From positions 64,641 to 128,640 of the forward strand of contig JBGSHK010000015.1 in the NCBI GenBank assembly GCA_041752275.1: a DNA stretch of 64,000 nucleotides, read 5' to 3'. Both the position numbers and the translations under genes were made by a program. Positions 1 through 10,315 of the stretch are shown in pieces. Origin of the DNA: Minisyncoccia bacterium (GTDB lineage Bacteria > Patescibacteriota > Minisyncoccia > Phycocordibacterales > CAIZLB01). How positions within the stretch are numbered: position 1 is the stretch's first letter; each line of letters opens with the position of its first letter. Below the pieces are notes generated by a model, which saw only the letters and a list, made by a program, of their open reading frames with translations, was not told the origin of the DNA and ran no database searches.

Positions 1-249
1 TATAATCATATTTTCAGCACAAATAGGACCGTGATCATGTTCTATCTTATCTACAATATCCCTAGATAGTATTAATGGTCTTTTTTTACCATCATAAGAT
101 ACCCGATCTGGAACAGATCCTATGATTTCTAAGTAACTTTCTTTATCTAAAAGCTTTTTTAATCTTTTATAGTATTTCTTTTCTTTATTATTTAAACTTT
201 TAAGTTGTTTTGATATAAATAAGGATTTTTTTATTTTTATGATTTTCAT
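1..249 (-). CDS. hypothetical protein, 3'-truncated by window edge
   Basis: ATG at 249; open frame MKIIKIKKSLF...RDIVDKIEHDHGPICAENMII runs off the window; not in ORF track. Confidence 0.55.
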   Translation of the reverse strand, partial: MKIIKIKKSLFISKQLKSLNNKEKKYYKRLKKLLDKESYLEIIGSVPDRVSYDGKKRPLILSRDIVDKIEHDHGPICAENMII

Positions 250-438
250 AACAATATTTTATATAAAACAGGATAAAATTTTGATAAAGAAAAAATAAAG
301 AAATGGTAAATATTTAATAAATAAATGATTGATAAAAATAATCATATATTATATGTGTTGTTTTAAAAATATAATAAACATAGTCACAAATATAAGTGTT
401 TTACGCTGTCGTTTAAGGTATATTCAGGTATAAAAAGA

Positions 439-467
439 TTGACTTTTATACTCAAATATGGTAATAT
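439..467 (+). promoter_or_regulatory. sigma70-type promoter
   Basis: TTGACT (439-444), 17 nt, TGgTAATAT (-10 at 462-467) upstream of the lipoprotein gene. Confidence 0.6.
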
Positions 468-517
468 ATAAACATAAGCTCGGTAATGTAACCGAACTAA
501 TCAAACAAAACCAAATC

Positions 518-769
518 ATGAAAACGATCAAAATTCTAAGTCTCGGTCTTCTTGCCATTTTAACCTTAAATTCCTGTGGGACCATTGATATACCGGTTTA
601 TCACAGCGTTGGCGTTGAATATAACCGTCCATATTATCAACAAAATCGATATAATCAAAATAACGGAAACTATTGTGGTGGTCAGTACGACCACAGAGAA
701 GTTGTCCAGATCGGCGACCCTCGAAGGAGAGCCTATGGAAACGGACTGCAAACTTATGCCGGGTGGTGA
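518..769 (+). CDS. small putative lipoprotein
   Basis: MKTIKILSLGLLAILTLNSC signal peptide with lipobox-like LNSC; Tyr/Gln/Asn-rich; start moved to ATG 518. Confidence 0.7.
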   Translation: MKTIKILSLGLLAILTLNSCGTIDIPVYHSVGVEYNRPYYQQNRYNQNNGNYCGGQYDHREVVQIGDPRRRAYGNGLQTYAGW

Positions 770-808
770 TAACCAAGGATTTATTACAATCCTTAATTTA
801 CCCGCTCA

Positions 809-850
809 AAAGACCGATCCCGCACACAGCAGGACCGGTCTCTTTTTTTT
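809..850 (+). terminator. intrinsic terminator
   Basis: gaccgatcccgc/gcaggaccggtc hairpin followed by T-tract. Confidence 0.65.
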
Positions 851-861
851 ACTTCTAAAGT

Positions 862-914
862 GAAAACAAAAATAAGTCCTTATTTCTTGAAGGACTTATT
901 TTTGTTTGAGCTTT
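862..914 (-). repeat. REP-like palindromic repeat copy R1
   Basis: Reverse complement reads AAAGCTCAAACAAAAA-stem-loop-TTTTTGTTTTC, as at 11427 and 59170. Confidence 0.75.
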
Positions 915-997
915 ATATTTTTTATGCTTTTTTAGCTTCTCAATCTGAGTAAAATAAAATTCATCCTTTCTTTGGATGATATTTTATTTTACGAAGA

Positions 998-1924
998 TTA
1001 CACCTTCAAATATTTCTTAATAGCCAAGAATGATGATATAGAGCCTAAGACAGAACCTAAAACAATAAGCATAAGTGTTATACTAAAAATATTTTGAGTA
1101 AAGAAACTAAACAAGTTTACACCTGTACCTAACTTTTCTGTCCAGTTACCTGCATAATGCGTTATTGGTAGCAATATAAGAGCGGTAACAATTGCACCTA
1201 CCAAACCATACAATATACCCACAGTGACAAAAGGTGCACGTATATATGTCTCACTAGCTCCAACTAAACGCATAACAGAAACTTCTTCACGGAATATATA
1301 GATAGCAAGTCTAACCGTATTGAAAGTTATAAGTATAGAAACTATAGCGAAGAATATTACAATAAGTAGACCTAATCTGTTTGAAGCATTAATAATTCTG
1401 TTTAAAGAGGCTATAGCTTGTTGATTTTTTTCGGTATAGTTTATTTTATCTATAATATTGTTTTCACCCAAAGCACTTTCTTTATCTTTTAAAAATGTAA
1501 CTATGGTGTCGTACTTGTTTGGATCTGCAGCCTTTACATTTATACTTGCAGGCAATGGGTTATCACCTATCTCAGTTAAAGCTTGTATTGTAGCTTCGTT
1601 ATCTTTATGTCTCTCTTTAAAGTTTTGATATGCTTGATCTTGAGATATGTATTTTACATCTGCTATATCGGGGTTTTTCTTAACATCGTTTGCAAAAGCG
1701 AGTATTGCATCCTCTGTAGCTCCTTTTGTAAAATATATATCTACATCTACTTTGTTTTTTATAGTTTCAAGTGTTGATGATAAAACTACACCTGAAAACA
1801 AAACCATAGTTATAACCGTCAAAGTAACTGTAAGTATAAGTACCGATGCAAGAGAAACTGAACCGTTTCTATAAAAACTTATAACTCCTGATTTTATTGT
1901 TCTTTTTAATTTTGTAAGTATCAT
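998..1924 (-). CDS. ftsX: cell division permease-like protein FtsX
   Basis: FtsX topology, NPLPAS and MRLVGA motifs, downstream of ftsE. Confidence 0.93.
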   Translation of the reverse strand: MILTKLKRTIKSGVISFYRNGSVSLASVLILTVTLTVITMVLFSGVVLSSTLETIKNKVDVDIYFTKGATEDAILAFANDVKKNPDIADVKYISQDQAYQNFKERHKDNEATIQALTEIGDNPLPASINVKAADPNKYDTIVTFLKDKESALGENNIIDKINYTEKNQQAIASLNRIINASNRLGLLIVIFFAIVSILITFNTVRLAIYIFREEVSVMRLVGASETYIRAPFVTVGILYGLVGAIVTALILLPITHYAGNWTEKLGTGVNLFSFFTQNIFSITLMLIVLGSVLGSISSFLAIKKYLKV

Positions 1925-1963
1925 TATTTTTTTTATTTTATTTTTCTTATGTTTCTATGTAAA

Positions 1964-2644
1964 TTAGAGAATATATTTTCCCTCATGACTATCTAATGCA
2001 ACTTCCCCATCTTTTATAGTTATCACACGGCGACCCAAGTTATCTATAACTCCAACGTTGTGTGTAGTTAAAAGTATTGTAGTTCCGAGATCATTTACCT
2101 TTTTTAGAAGTTGTATGATCTCATATGTGTTTACAGGATCCAAGTTACCTGTTGGCTCGTCAGCTATAATCATGTCTGGCTGGTTAACTATAGCCCGTGC
2201 TATAGCTACACGTTGCTTCTCTCCACCAGAAAGTTCATCCGGAAAACTGTGCATCTTATGTTTTAAACCAACAAGATCAAGAGCGTGCGGTACATCGTTC
2301 TCTATCTCTTCATCTGCACGACCTGCAGCCTCCATAGCAAAAGCTACGTTTTCATAAGCTGTTTTATCTGGCAAAAGCCTAAAGTCTTGAAACACAGTTC
2401 CAACACGGCGACGATACTGATTTATATAACTTTTCTTTAACTCATGTATGTTAATATCTTCAAAAGTAACAGTACCTTCTGTTGGACCCTCCTCTGCCAA
2501 TATGAGCTTTAACAAAGTTGTTTTACCCGCACCGGAATGTCCGACAATAGATACAAATTCTTTTGGTTTTATATGTATGTTAATATTTTTTACAGCAACA
2601 TCTCCTGTATGATAAAGTTTTGTTACATCATTAAATTTAAGCAT
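1964..2644 (-). CDS. ftsE: cell division ATP-binding protein FtsE
   Basis: Walker [35 protein letters not shown]. Confidence 0.95.
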   Translation of the reverse strand: MLKFNDVTKLYHTGDVAVKNINIHIKPKEFVSIVGHSGAGKTTLLKLILAEEGPTEGTVTFEDINIHELKKSYINQYRRRVGTVFQDFRLLPDKTAYENVAFAMEAAGRADEEIENDVPHALDLVGLKHKMHSFPDELSGGEKQRVAIARAIVNQPDMIIADEPTGNLDPVNTYEIIQLLKKVNDLGTTILLTTHNVGVIDNLGRRVITIKDGEVALDSHEGKYIL

Positions 2645-2707
2645 GTATTATATTATACAGTAATATTAAAAATTTATCTTGTTATTATTTAATTAAAATA
2701 ATAATTT

Positions 2708-2971
2708 TTATCTTCTAATATTATTTAAATCAAGACCTGATTCACTGATAAGTTTACCCAAATGATCCTTATGACTTTTCATAACATGCATAGTTGCCTC
2801 CATCTGCCCCTTACCTTTTTTAACTTCAGATTGTATCTCATCTCCTATACGTTTAAAAAACTCAGGATCTCTGTTTATAAGAGTCATGATTTTTTCTTGC
2901 TCTGCAGGAGATACTCCTTTAAGTTGTTTTTTTAATAATTGTTTTGTTAGAAATTCTTTAAAAAATGCCAT
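2708..2971 (-). CDS. small hypothetical protein
   Basis: 87-aa ORF co-oriented with neighbours. Confidence 0.75.
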   Translation of the reverse strand: MAFFKEFLTKQLLKKQLKGVSPAEQEKIMTLINRDPEFFKRIGDEIQSEVKKGKGQMEATMHVMKSHKDHLGKLISESGLDLNNIRR

Positions 2972-2975
2972 ACCT

Positions 2976-3857
2976 TTATGGTAACAAAATAACCCTCAAG
3001 TCTGCAACTATACGGTCATATGATTGTAATGATATAACTGCGTTTTCAATATCACCTGCTTTTAAATGATCTTCTGACACAACTATACTCTTTTCAGCCT
3101 CTACTATAATATCTGTAGTTGATGCATTTTTCTCAAAATCTAATATGTCTTTTTTAGCAGCGATTATTCTATCCTCCACCTCTTTCTCTGTGCTAGTTGA
3201 TATGTTGTTTTTTTCTTTTCTTTCTATATCTACCCTCAAATCTATAGCACTAAAAACTTCTGACTCTACACTTGTTGAAACTTTATATAACTCATCAGCC
3301 TTAAGTGCAGACTCTAGATCAAGTGCTATCTTTTTAGCTTCTGTTATCTTGTCTTCACTTATAAGTGCCGCTACCTGATTTCTGATTTCACGTGAACGAG
3401 ATGATAGTTGGCTAGCCAGTATTTGAGTTTTAACATCTTTTTCAGCAACGTCCTCTGATGCCAAGTTTAGTTTTATCTCTTTTATATCAGCTTGATTTTT
3501 AGATAGATTTGATTTTATCTCATTGCTTCTCTTAAGTTGTTCAAGGTTAGACTTAACTTCGTTTATATCAGACAAAGCTATGCGAGATCTATCAGTGAAC
3601 ACACCTGCGGCTTGTGTACCTATAAATACTATAAGTAGAACTGGTATAGAGTATCTTAAGTATTGTGTGAAATATGTTTTATAAGTATAAAATGGAGACT
3701 TAACAGCTTCAACAACAACTTCTTTTGAAACATCTACTCTATCAAAAACAGATTTTAACATGTCTTTTTTTTCAGACACAGACAAAGACATAGATTCATT
3801 TGGTTTAAATGAACTCAATATGTTTTCTATTCTTTTGTCGTTAATAATGTTTTTCAT
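2976..3857 (-). CDS. membrane-anchored coiled-coil protein, putative anti-sigma factor
   Basis: Single TM (YSIPVLLIVFIG); overlaps end of ECF sigma gene. Confidence 0.6.
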   Translation of the reverse strand: MKNIINDKRIENILSSFKPNESMSLSVSEKKDMLKSVFDRVDVSKEVVVEAVKSPFYTYKTYFTQYLRYSIPVLLIVFIGTQAAGVFTDRSRIALSDINEVKSNLEQLKRSNEIKSNLSKNQADIKEIKLNLASEDVAEKDVKTQILASQLSSRSREIRNQVAALISEDKITEAKKIALDLESALKADELYKVSTSVESEVFSAIDLRVDIERKEKNNISTSTEKEVEDRIIAAKKDILDFEKNASTTDIIVEAEKSIVVSEDHLKAGDIENAVISLQSYDRIVADLRVILLP

Positions 3858-4413
3858 ATCTTTGTTTTAATTTTTCTAATATGCGGTGTATTTTCACTGC
3901 TATTGTGTTTTCTTTCTGCCCTGTTATCTCAGATATGTCTGTTAAACTCAAACCTTCAATAAATCTCATATATACAAGTTCTTGAGCGTCAAGATCTAAA
4001 CTTTTCAAAGACTTCAATACTTCTTTATAGTCTATATCAATACTGGTGTTGTGTGATACATCTTCATCAGATGAATACTCATATCCAGCATCAACAAGTT
4101 CGTCCAAAGACTGACTCTGCTTTTTTCTGTAATGATCGATAATAGTGTTTCTGATTGTTTTAAATAAGAAGGCTTTATGATTGAAATCAATCTCACCTTC
4201 ATTTTCAAGACTGTCAGTTAGATACTTGAAGTATTTGAAGTATACATCTTGTACTATGTCTATCGCTTTATCTTTATCACTTACCCTAAAGTATGTGAAT
4301 CGATATAGTTGATCTATATGCTCGTTGTATATATTTTCAAAGTGACTGTTAAACTCGCTTTTTGAAAGAGATTTTAAGGCTGTATTTGTGTTGAACATAA
4401 TATCTTCTTTCAT
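3841..4413 (-). CDS. ECF-type RNA polymerase sigma factor
   Basis: Region 2 (AIDIVQDVY, FLFKTIRNTIIDHYRK) and region 4 HTH. Confidence 0.9.
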   Translation of the reverse strand: MKEDIMFNTNTALKSLSKSEFNSHFENIYNEHIDQLYRFTYFRVSDKDKAIDIVQDVYFKYFKYLTDSLENEGEIDFNHKAFLFKTIRNTIIDHYRKKQSQSLDELVDAGYEYSSDEDVSHNTSIDIDYKEVLKSLKSLDLDAQELVYMRFIEGLSLTDISEITGQKENTIAVKIHRILEKLKQRYEKHY

Positions 4414-4570
4414 AGTATTAAACGTATAGGATAGGCTTATATTACAAGATTATAATAATAATTAACGAGATAAATAAGTTATCAAGGACAAAGAAACTAT
4501 GAGTATAGTTATAAAGACAGTTATAAGTTTTATCGATTCTTTATCTAACATATTGTTTATACCATTATAA

Positions 4571-4601
4571 CACAAAAACCACCCGTTGGGGTGGTTTTTG
4601 T
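4571..4601 (-). terminator. intrinsic (possibly bidirectional) terminator
   Basis: acaaaaaccacc/ggtggtttttgt hairpin downstream of surface protein gene. Confidence 0.75.
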
Positions 4602-4643
4602 TAAGCTTAGGCTCGGGCTTTATTCTAAAGTAATCGGTTAAGA

Positions 4644-6443
4644 TTATTTGTTGAATACTGCTGAGTTATCACTATCAAATGGTTCAAATCCACCAGGTAG
4701 TGTAAACCATGTAGCACCTGTGGCTGTTGCATATCTTACACTTTGTACAAACGCTTTAAGGTTTGTTGTAGAAGTGATTGAAGTTGATGCAAATGTAGCA
4801 GAAAGTGTTACAGCTTTTGTAGCTCCGTCAGCAAAGTATGTTAGACCAGATTCATTTGGTGTAACGTTTACTGAAGTTGTAGCAACTATAGCGTTTGTTG
4901 AAGCGTTTTTAAGACCAATAACCGCTGTTGTTGAGGCAGTCAATATGTCTGCTCCAGAAGCTGTTAGATTAAGTCTTATATCAGCTGTAGCTGAAACTCC
5001 AACTCCGTTTTGATTACTTGTTACTGAAACTGTAGATGATGTTTTTGTAAACATTGGAACTACAGTAGCAAAGAAGTGAGCAGGACCTGTAACTGTTGTA
5101 GATACAGTTGCTGATGCACCATCTGCTTTTTCAAATATAACTGAAGTTACACTTGTAGTAACTAGAGAACCTTGAACTGTTGTAGCTGGCATATCAGCTT
5201 TAACTGTAAATGTTACATTTTGATCTTCATTAACCATTACATTTGAGTTTTCAATGTCAAATGATACAACACCTGTTCCTGGAGTAACTGTTCTAGAATC
5301 TAGAAGAGTTGAACCTTGGTATAGGTATAGGTTTGAAGGCATAGTTCCTCCTGTTGAAGTAGCAGCTGTTACGTTAACAGTTCTGATTTTTGAAGGACCT
5401 TGTTCTGATTTGATAGCAAATGTTGATGTAAGAACTTTTTCAGCTCCGTTTGTCAAAGGATTTACTCTGTAATTCATTGAATATAAAGTTGTAGCATCTG
5501 ATTTAAGTAACAATGATGAGTTACCAGGTTTTTTGAACACGTGTGTTCTATTACCTACTGCTGTACTATTGTATGTACTTATACCTCTTCCGTCTACAAC
5601 TCTAGCTCCGTTTGTAGCAACGTCTATAGATACAGTTCTTGATGTATCAATTGAGTTTGTATTAAAGTGTACTGTAAATGTTTTTATAGTATCTTTAGCA
5701 ACTCTTGTTGATAGACCTGAGATTTGTACGTAATAGTTGTTTGTACCAGTATATCTTGAGAAAGTTGAAGTGTTAACAGGGATTGTTGCCAATACTGTTG
5801 AACCATCTTTAACAGAGATACTATTTATAAGAGTAGCTGGGTTCTCATTTGTTGAACCGTTTAATACAGCAACATCAAGAGTTAATCTCTCGAATGAGAT
5901 ATCAGCATTTTTAGCTTTAACCTCTACACCGTATACAGCAACATCGTTTGAAACTTGTACGTTTGTATTGTTAACTGGTGATGGAGAAAGTCTGTATTCA
6001 CCAAATCCTTCCATTCCGTTCAACACTGGTGTTGTAGGGTTTGTTGTTACACAAGGAGCTCCAGTTGTACTACTGAACATAGCGCCAGTTGTACATCCAG
6101 GAGTTGTAGAAGGAGTTGTAGGAGTTGTTCCACCGTTATTAACGATAGTACTGTTGTTTACTGAAGTTCTAGTCATAGGACCAAAGTATCCAACTGCTGG
6201 GGCGATGCCTTTAGCAGTTTGATAAGCCATAACTGCAGATTTAGTTACACCTCCGAAGTATCCAGTAGATCCTCCTGAGAATGTAAAGTGACCTGTAGCA
6301 GTTAGGAAATCTTGAAGTGCAGTAACATCTGCTCCTCTTGATCCCATAGTTAAGTTTTGATTAAATTGATAGCTTGATGCTGATGCACTTACAGAAACTG
6401 CAAGAGCAAGAGCAACGATAGCTGTTTTAAATATTGTTTTCAT
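4644..6443 (-). CDS. secreted Thr/Ser-rich surface (S-layer-like) protein with peptidoglycan-binding domain
   Basis: Signal peptide; LTMGSRGADVTALQ...GYFGPMTR PG-binding motif; beta-rich body. Confidence 0.8.
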   Translation of the reverse strand: MKTIFKTAIVALALAVSVSASASSYQFNQNLTMGSRGADVTALQDFLTATGHFTFSGGSTGYFGGVTKSAVMAYQTAKGIAPAVGYFGPMTRTSVNNSTIVNNGGTTPTTPSTTPGCTTGAMFSSTTGAPCVTTNPTTPVLNGMEGFGEYRLSPSPVNNTNVQVSNDVAVYGVEVKAKNADISFERLTLDVAVLNGSTNENPATLINSISVKDGSTVLATIPVNTSTFSRYTGTNNYYVQISGLSTRVAKDTIKTFTVHFNTNSIDTSRTVSIDVATNGARVVDGRGISTYNSTAVGNRTHVFKKPGNSSLLLKSDATTLYSMNYRVNPLTNGAEKVLTSTFAIKSEQGPSKIRTVNVTAATSTGGTMPSNLYLYQGSTLLDSRTVTPGTGVVSFDIENSNVMVNEDQNVTFTVKADMPATTVQGSLVTTSVTSVIFEKADGASATVSTTVTGPAHFFATVVPMFTKTSSTVSVTSNQNGVGVSATADIRLNLTASGADILTASTTAVIGLKNASTNAIVATTSVNVTPNESGLTYFADGATKAVTLSATFASTSITSTTNLKAFVQSVRYATATGATWFTLPGGFEPFDSDNSAVFNK

Positions 6444-6689
6444 AATAAATTTGATTTAAAAGAAATATGCTTTAAGTGTCTGTTATTAATAATAAATGAT
6501 AATTGTCAGACGCATATTCCTCGGGCTAAATCTTTGTGAACCCGTCTTGACTATCTATATAAGATATCCAAAACGGACTACAAAAACCAACCTGTACCTA
6601 TACAAACGTATAGACCCTTTAAATATTACAATTTTAAGCGTAATGGGTCAAAACCTTTATATGTCTCATACAATAGCACATAAAGGACA

Positions 6690-7388
6690 TTATTTCAATG
6701 AGTATTTGCTCCATCGTCTTTCCCCTGTCTTTTTGAGTGTTCCTGATAGAACAAGAGATGTTAACTCTCTTTGTATAGTCTTTGAACTTATACCTTTTAT
6801 AGACTCTATAAACTCATTTATAGTTACCGCCCCGCGAGCCCTTACTATCTCCAATATCTTCTTTCTTCTCGATCCTATGTCCATAGATATGTTGTTTATT
6901 GTCTTTATGTTCTGAGTATTGTTGTTTATAGTTATATTGGACACCTTTTTCTCAACCTTATCTTCAACAATGAACTCTGCAATTTCTTTATTTTCTATAA
7001 CCATAGGCTTATGGACCTCTCCTGCTGTGTTATTTTCTATATTTAAAACCTTATCTATATATACCTCCTTTCTGTCTTCTGTTTTAGTTAGCTCATGCAA
7101 CTGATTATTGATAGCATTTATTAATAGCTCTGCATTCATCTGTGTTATCAAGTCTATATCACGAGAAAGCTTTATAAGTGAATTTAGTTTCAAAAAACTG
7201 TCTTTTTTATCTGTCTTTTCAACACAAATCACAGCAATTCTTCTTAGAGACATCTTTAAAGGTTCATCCGGCGCAAACAAATCCGTAACTAAATAAATCG
7301 CCTTCGAAATAGCTTCGACTTGAACCTGTCTTTTAATAACCAACTCTGTGTGACCGCTTGATTGATTGTTGTTATTTATACTGTCCAT
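6690..7388 (-). CDS. protein with C-terminal DeoR-like winged HTH
   Basis: ISSKTIQRELTSLV...GERRWSKY; start moved to MDSINN. Confidence 0.75.
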   Translation of the reverse strand: MDSINNNNQSSGHTELVIKRQVQVEAISKAIYLVTDLFAPDEPLKMSLRRIAVICVEKTDKKDSFLKLNSLIKLSRDIDLITQMNAELLINAINNQLHELTKTEDRKEVYIDKVLNIENNTAGEVHKPMVIENKEIAEFIVEDKVEKKVSNITINNNTQNIKTINNISMDIGSRRKKILEIVRARGAVTINEFIESIKGISSKTIQRELTSLVLSGTLKKTGERRWSKYSLK

Positions 7389-7457
7389 TAAGTTGCAGTA
7401 TATATAAGACAAGTAAAAATGCAAGTGTAAAATCGAAGTCATGATAAAATAGACAAT

Positions 7458-9821
7458 ATGTCTAAAAAGAACACAAGAAAATACACAAAAAGAAATATTA
7501 AAGATAATGTCCCAGAAGAGGCTAAAGGCTTTATCGGTAAAGGTTTTTTAAGTGGTATAAGACAAACGTTTATACCCAACGATTCATATGTAAAGAACAC
7601 AGTACTCTCACTTGTCTTTTTTGTATTATTTTTATTTTTTAGTTTATCAGCTATTGGTTTAGGTGGATCATTTGGCAGATTTACATATAAAAGTTTCTCA
7701 TATTTATTTGGTTATGGATATTATCTACTTCCTTTACTTTTTCTAATACAATCATACTTTTATGCAATACATAAAGAAAGCAACTCTTTTGCCAAAACTA
7801 AAATAATATTTTCTATACTATTAATAATATCTGTACTGGGAATACTAGAATTATCTGTATTAAATGCAGGTGGTGCTTTAGGGGGTATAATATCAATTCC
7901 AATACTAAACCTTTTTGACACTGTCTTAAGTTATATATTTTTAACAGCAGTGGCTTTTGTATCTTTAATTATATTATTTGAATATTCATTTAATATTAAA
8001 AAAACAAATAATGAGAATGATATCGAGGGGGCGGAAGATGTTGACAGTGATAAAGCTGAAGATAAATCTGTAAAAGACAGAAAGATGAAAATAATAGGTG
8101 CCGATATGGATAATGAAAATGTAAAAGACATAAAAAAAGATGTCTTAAAAGACAATAAAAAACCTAGTGAAATAAAGCTAGAAAAAGAAATGTCTGATAT
8201 AAACAACAGTCTTATAAAATCAAACACTATGACTTTAACAGGTAAAGAATACACTCCTCCTCCTTTATCTTTACTTGAAAGAGATAAAGGTAAACCAGAA
8301 GTTGGTGATATAAAAGCCAACGCAAACATTATAAAAAGAACACTTCAAAACTTTGGTGTACAAGTAGAAATGGACGAAATATCTGTCGGACCTTCTATAA
8401 CTAGATATGCCCTTAAGCCAGCTGAAGGAGTGAAGCTTTCAAAAATACTCGGGCTTCAAAACAACTTATCTCTCGCCCTAGCAGCGCACCCTATACGTAT
8501 AGAAGCCCCTATTCCCGGTAAGTCTCTTGTTGGTATAGAAGTACCAAACTCAACAAAAACTATGGTTGGTTTAGGTTCATTACTTTCACAACCTGAGTAT
8601 CAAAACTCACCAGACCCTCTACTCATAGCACTCGGTAAAGGTGTGTCAGGAAAAATGTATTATGAAAACCTTGCAAAGATGCCTCATGCTCTTATTGCTG
8701 GTACAACAGGTTCAGGAAAGTCAGTTATGATACACAATGTTGTTACTTCTTTATTATACAAGAACTCACCTGAAAACTTGAGATTTATTTTCATAGATCC
8801 TAAGCGAGTTGAGTTAACACTATATAACAAAATCCCCCACCTTTTAACACCAGTTATAACTGATCCAAAGAAGGCTATACTTGCACTAAAATGGGCAGGA
8901 AAAGAAATGAGTCGTAGATATGACATATTGGAAAAACACTCAGTTCAAAACATAGATTCATATCATAAAAACATATTAGCACCAGCTGTTGAAGAATTTA
9001 AAAAGTCCGGAAAAACTGATGACAGTAAAAATGATCTTCCTGATGCTATGCCATATATAGTTATCATTATCGATGAGTTGGCAGACATCATGCAAGCATA
9101 TCCTCGTGAACTTGAGTCAGGTATAGTACGCCTTGCGCAAATGTCTCGTGCCGTTGGTATACATCTTATACTTTCAACACAAAGACCGTCAGTGAACGTG
9201 ATAACCGGTCTAATCAAAGCCAACATTCCGACCCGTATAGCTCTTCAAGTTGCCTCTCAAATAGACTCTAGAACCATCTTGGATGCCCGTGGAGCAGAAG
9301 AATTACTAGGATCTGGAGATATGTTGTTCTTAACAGGAAGAATGTCTAGTGCTCAACGTGTTCAATCCCCTAACATCACAGAGGCTGAGACTAAAAAAAT
9401 AGTTAAATATCTAGTAGATAACATGGATTATATACCCGATACTATACAGCTTGGACCCCAAGAACAACAAGAAAACTCTGGCACAAACGCCATTTTTGCA
9501 TCTGCTTTTAACACAGGAGGTATGGAAGATGATGATATGGATGACGATGATGACTTGTATGAAGATGCAAAAGCCGCTGTTATAGAAGCAAAAAAAGCCT
9601 CAACTTCATATCTTCAAAGAAAACTGAGGGTTGGATACTCACGTGCAGCTCGTCTTATGGATATACTTGAAAAAAGAGGTGTTGTTGGACCTGCTGATGG
9701 CGCAAAACCAAGAGAAATACTTTTAGCCGACACAAATACTCAAAATGATCAATCTATAGAAACTGACACCGAAACAGAAAATACTTTAGAAAACCCTAAA
9801 AAAACTGACGGTCAAAGCTAA
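7458..9821 (+). CDS. ftsK: DNA translocase FtsK/SpoIIIE
   Basis: N-terminal TMs, AGTTGSGKS, IIDELADIM, TQRPSV, gamma domain LQRKLRVGYSRAAR. Confidence 0.96.
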   Translation: MSKKNTRKYTKRNIKDNVPEEAKGFIGKGFLSGIRQTFIPNDSYVKNTVLSLVFFVLFLFFSLSAIGLGGSFGRFTYKSFSYLFGYGYYLLPLLFLIQSYFYAIHKESNSFAKTKIIFSILLIISVLGILELSVLNAGGALGGIISIPILNLFDTVLSYIFLTAVAFVSLIILFEYSFNIKKTNNENDIEGAEDVDSDKAEDKSVKDRKMKIIGADMDNENVKDIKKDVLKDNKKPSEIKLEKEMSDINNSLIKSNTMTLTGKEYTPPPLSLLERDKGKPEVGDIKANANIIKRTLQNFGVQVEMDEISVGPSITRYALKPAEGVKLSKILGLQNNLSLALAAHPIRIEAPIPGKSLVGIEVPNSTKTMVGLGSLLSQPEYQNSPDPLLIALGKGVSGKMYYENLAKMPHALIAGTTGSGKSVMIHNVVTSLLYKNSPENLRFIFIDPKRVELTLYNKIPHLLTPVITDPKKAILALKWAGKEMSRRYDILEKHSVQNIDSYHKNILAPAVEEFKKSGKTDDSKNDLPDAMPYIVIIIDELADIMQAYPRELESGIVRLAQMSRAVGIHLILSTQRPSVNVITGLIKANIPTRIALQVASQIDSRTILDARGAEELLGSGDMLFLTGRMSSAQRVQSPNITEAETKKIVKYLVDNMDYIPDTIQLGPQEQQENSGTNAIFASAFNTGGMEDDDMDDDDDLYEDAKAAVIEAKKASTSYLQRKLRVGYSRAARLMDILEKRGVVGPADGAKPREILLADTNTQNDQSIETDTETENTLENPKKTDGQS

Positions 9822-9879
9822 AAAGTGGTATAATTAATTTATAAAATCTTTAAAATAATTTTAAATAAAATAATATAAT

Positions 9880-10281
9880 ATGACACTTGGATATACAGAC
9901 GGCAAAACCAAAATAAAAGTATTTTTATTAATATTTGGATTGATAAGTATATCCACACTCACAGTTTTTGAGTTAAGAAAAGTTATAGCGGGACCTAAAC
10001 TTATATTGAACTGTTCTGAAAGTATAGACAAAAAAAATGATTGCGGTTATATACAAAGTGATGAAAACATATACAAAATATCAGGAAAAACTAAAAATGT
10101 ATCTAATATAATTATAGGTGATAGGAAAATATATATAGATACAGAAGGAAATTTTCAGGAAGATATAGTACTCTACCCTGGTACAAATCTATTAACAATA
10201 AAATCAACTGACAGATTTGGTAAAGAAGTCAAGAAAGATATTAGTATATACTATAGTGGTAAGCTAAGTATCTCAAAATAA
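9880..10281 (+). CDS. membrane-anchored Ig-like domain protein
   Basis: N-terminal TM; LYPGTNLLTIKSTDRFG beta-sandwich pattern. Confidence 0.65.
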   Translation: MTLGYTDGKTKIKVFLLIFGLISISTLTVFELRKVIAGPKLILNCSESIDKKNDCGYIQSDENIYKISGKTKNVSNIIIGDRKIYIDTEGNFQEDIVLYPGTNLLTIKSTDRFGKEVKKDISIYYSGKLSISK

Positions 10282-10315
10282 TTATAAAAGTTAATAAATA
10301 ATACAAAAATACAAT

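Noticed and set aside
4648-6222. Antisense ORFs inside long genes (surface protein, aaRSs, fusA and others)
   Set aside because: Codon-bias shadows of well-supported opposite-strand genes.
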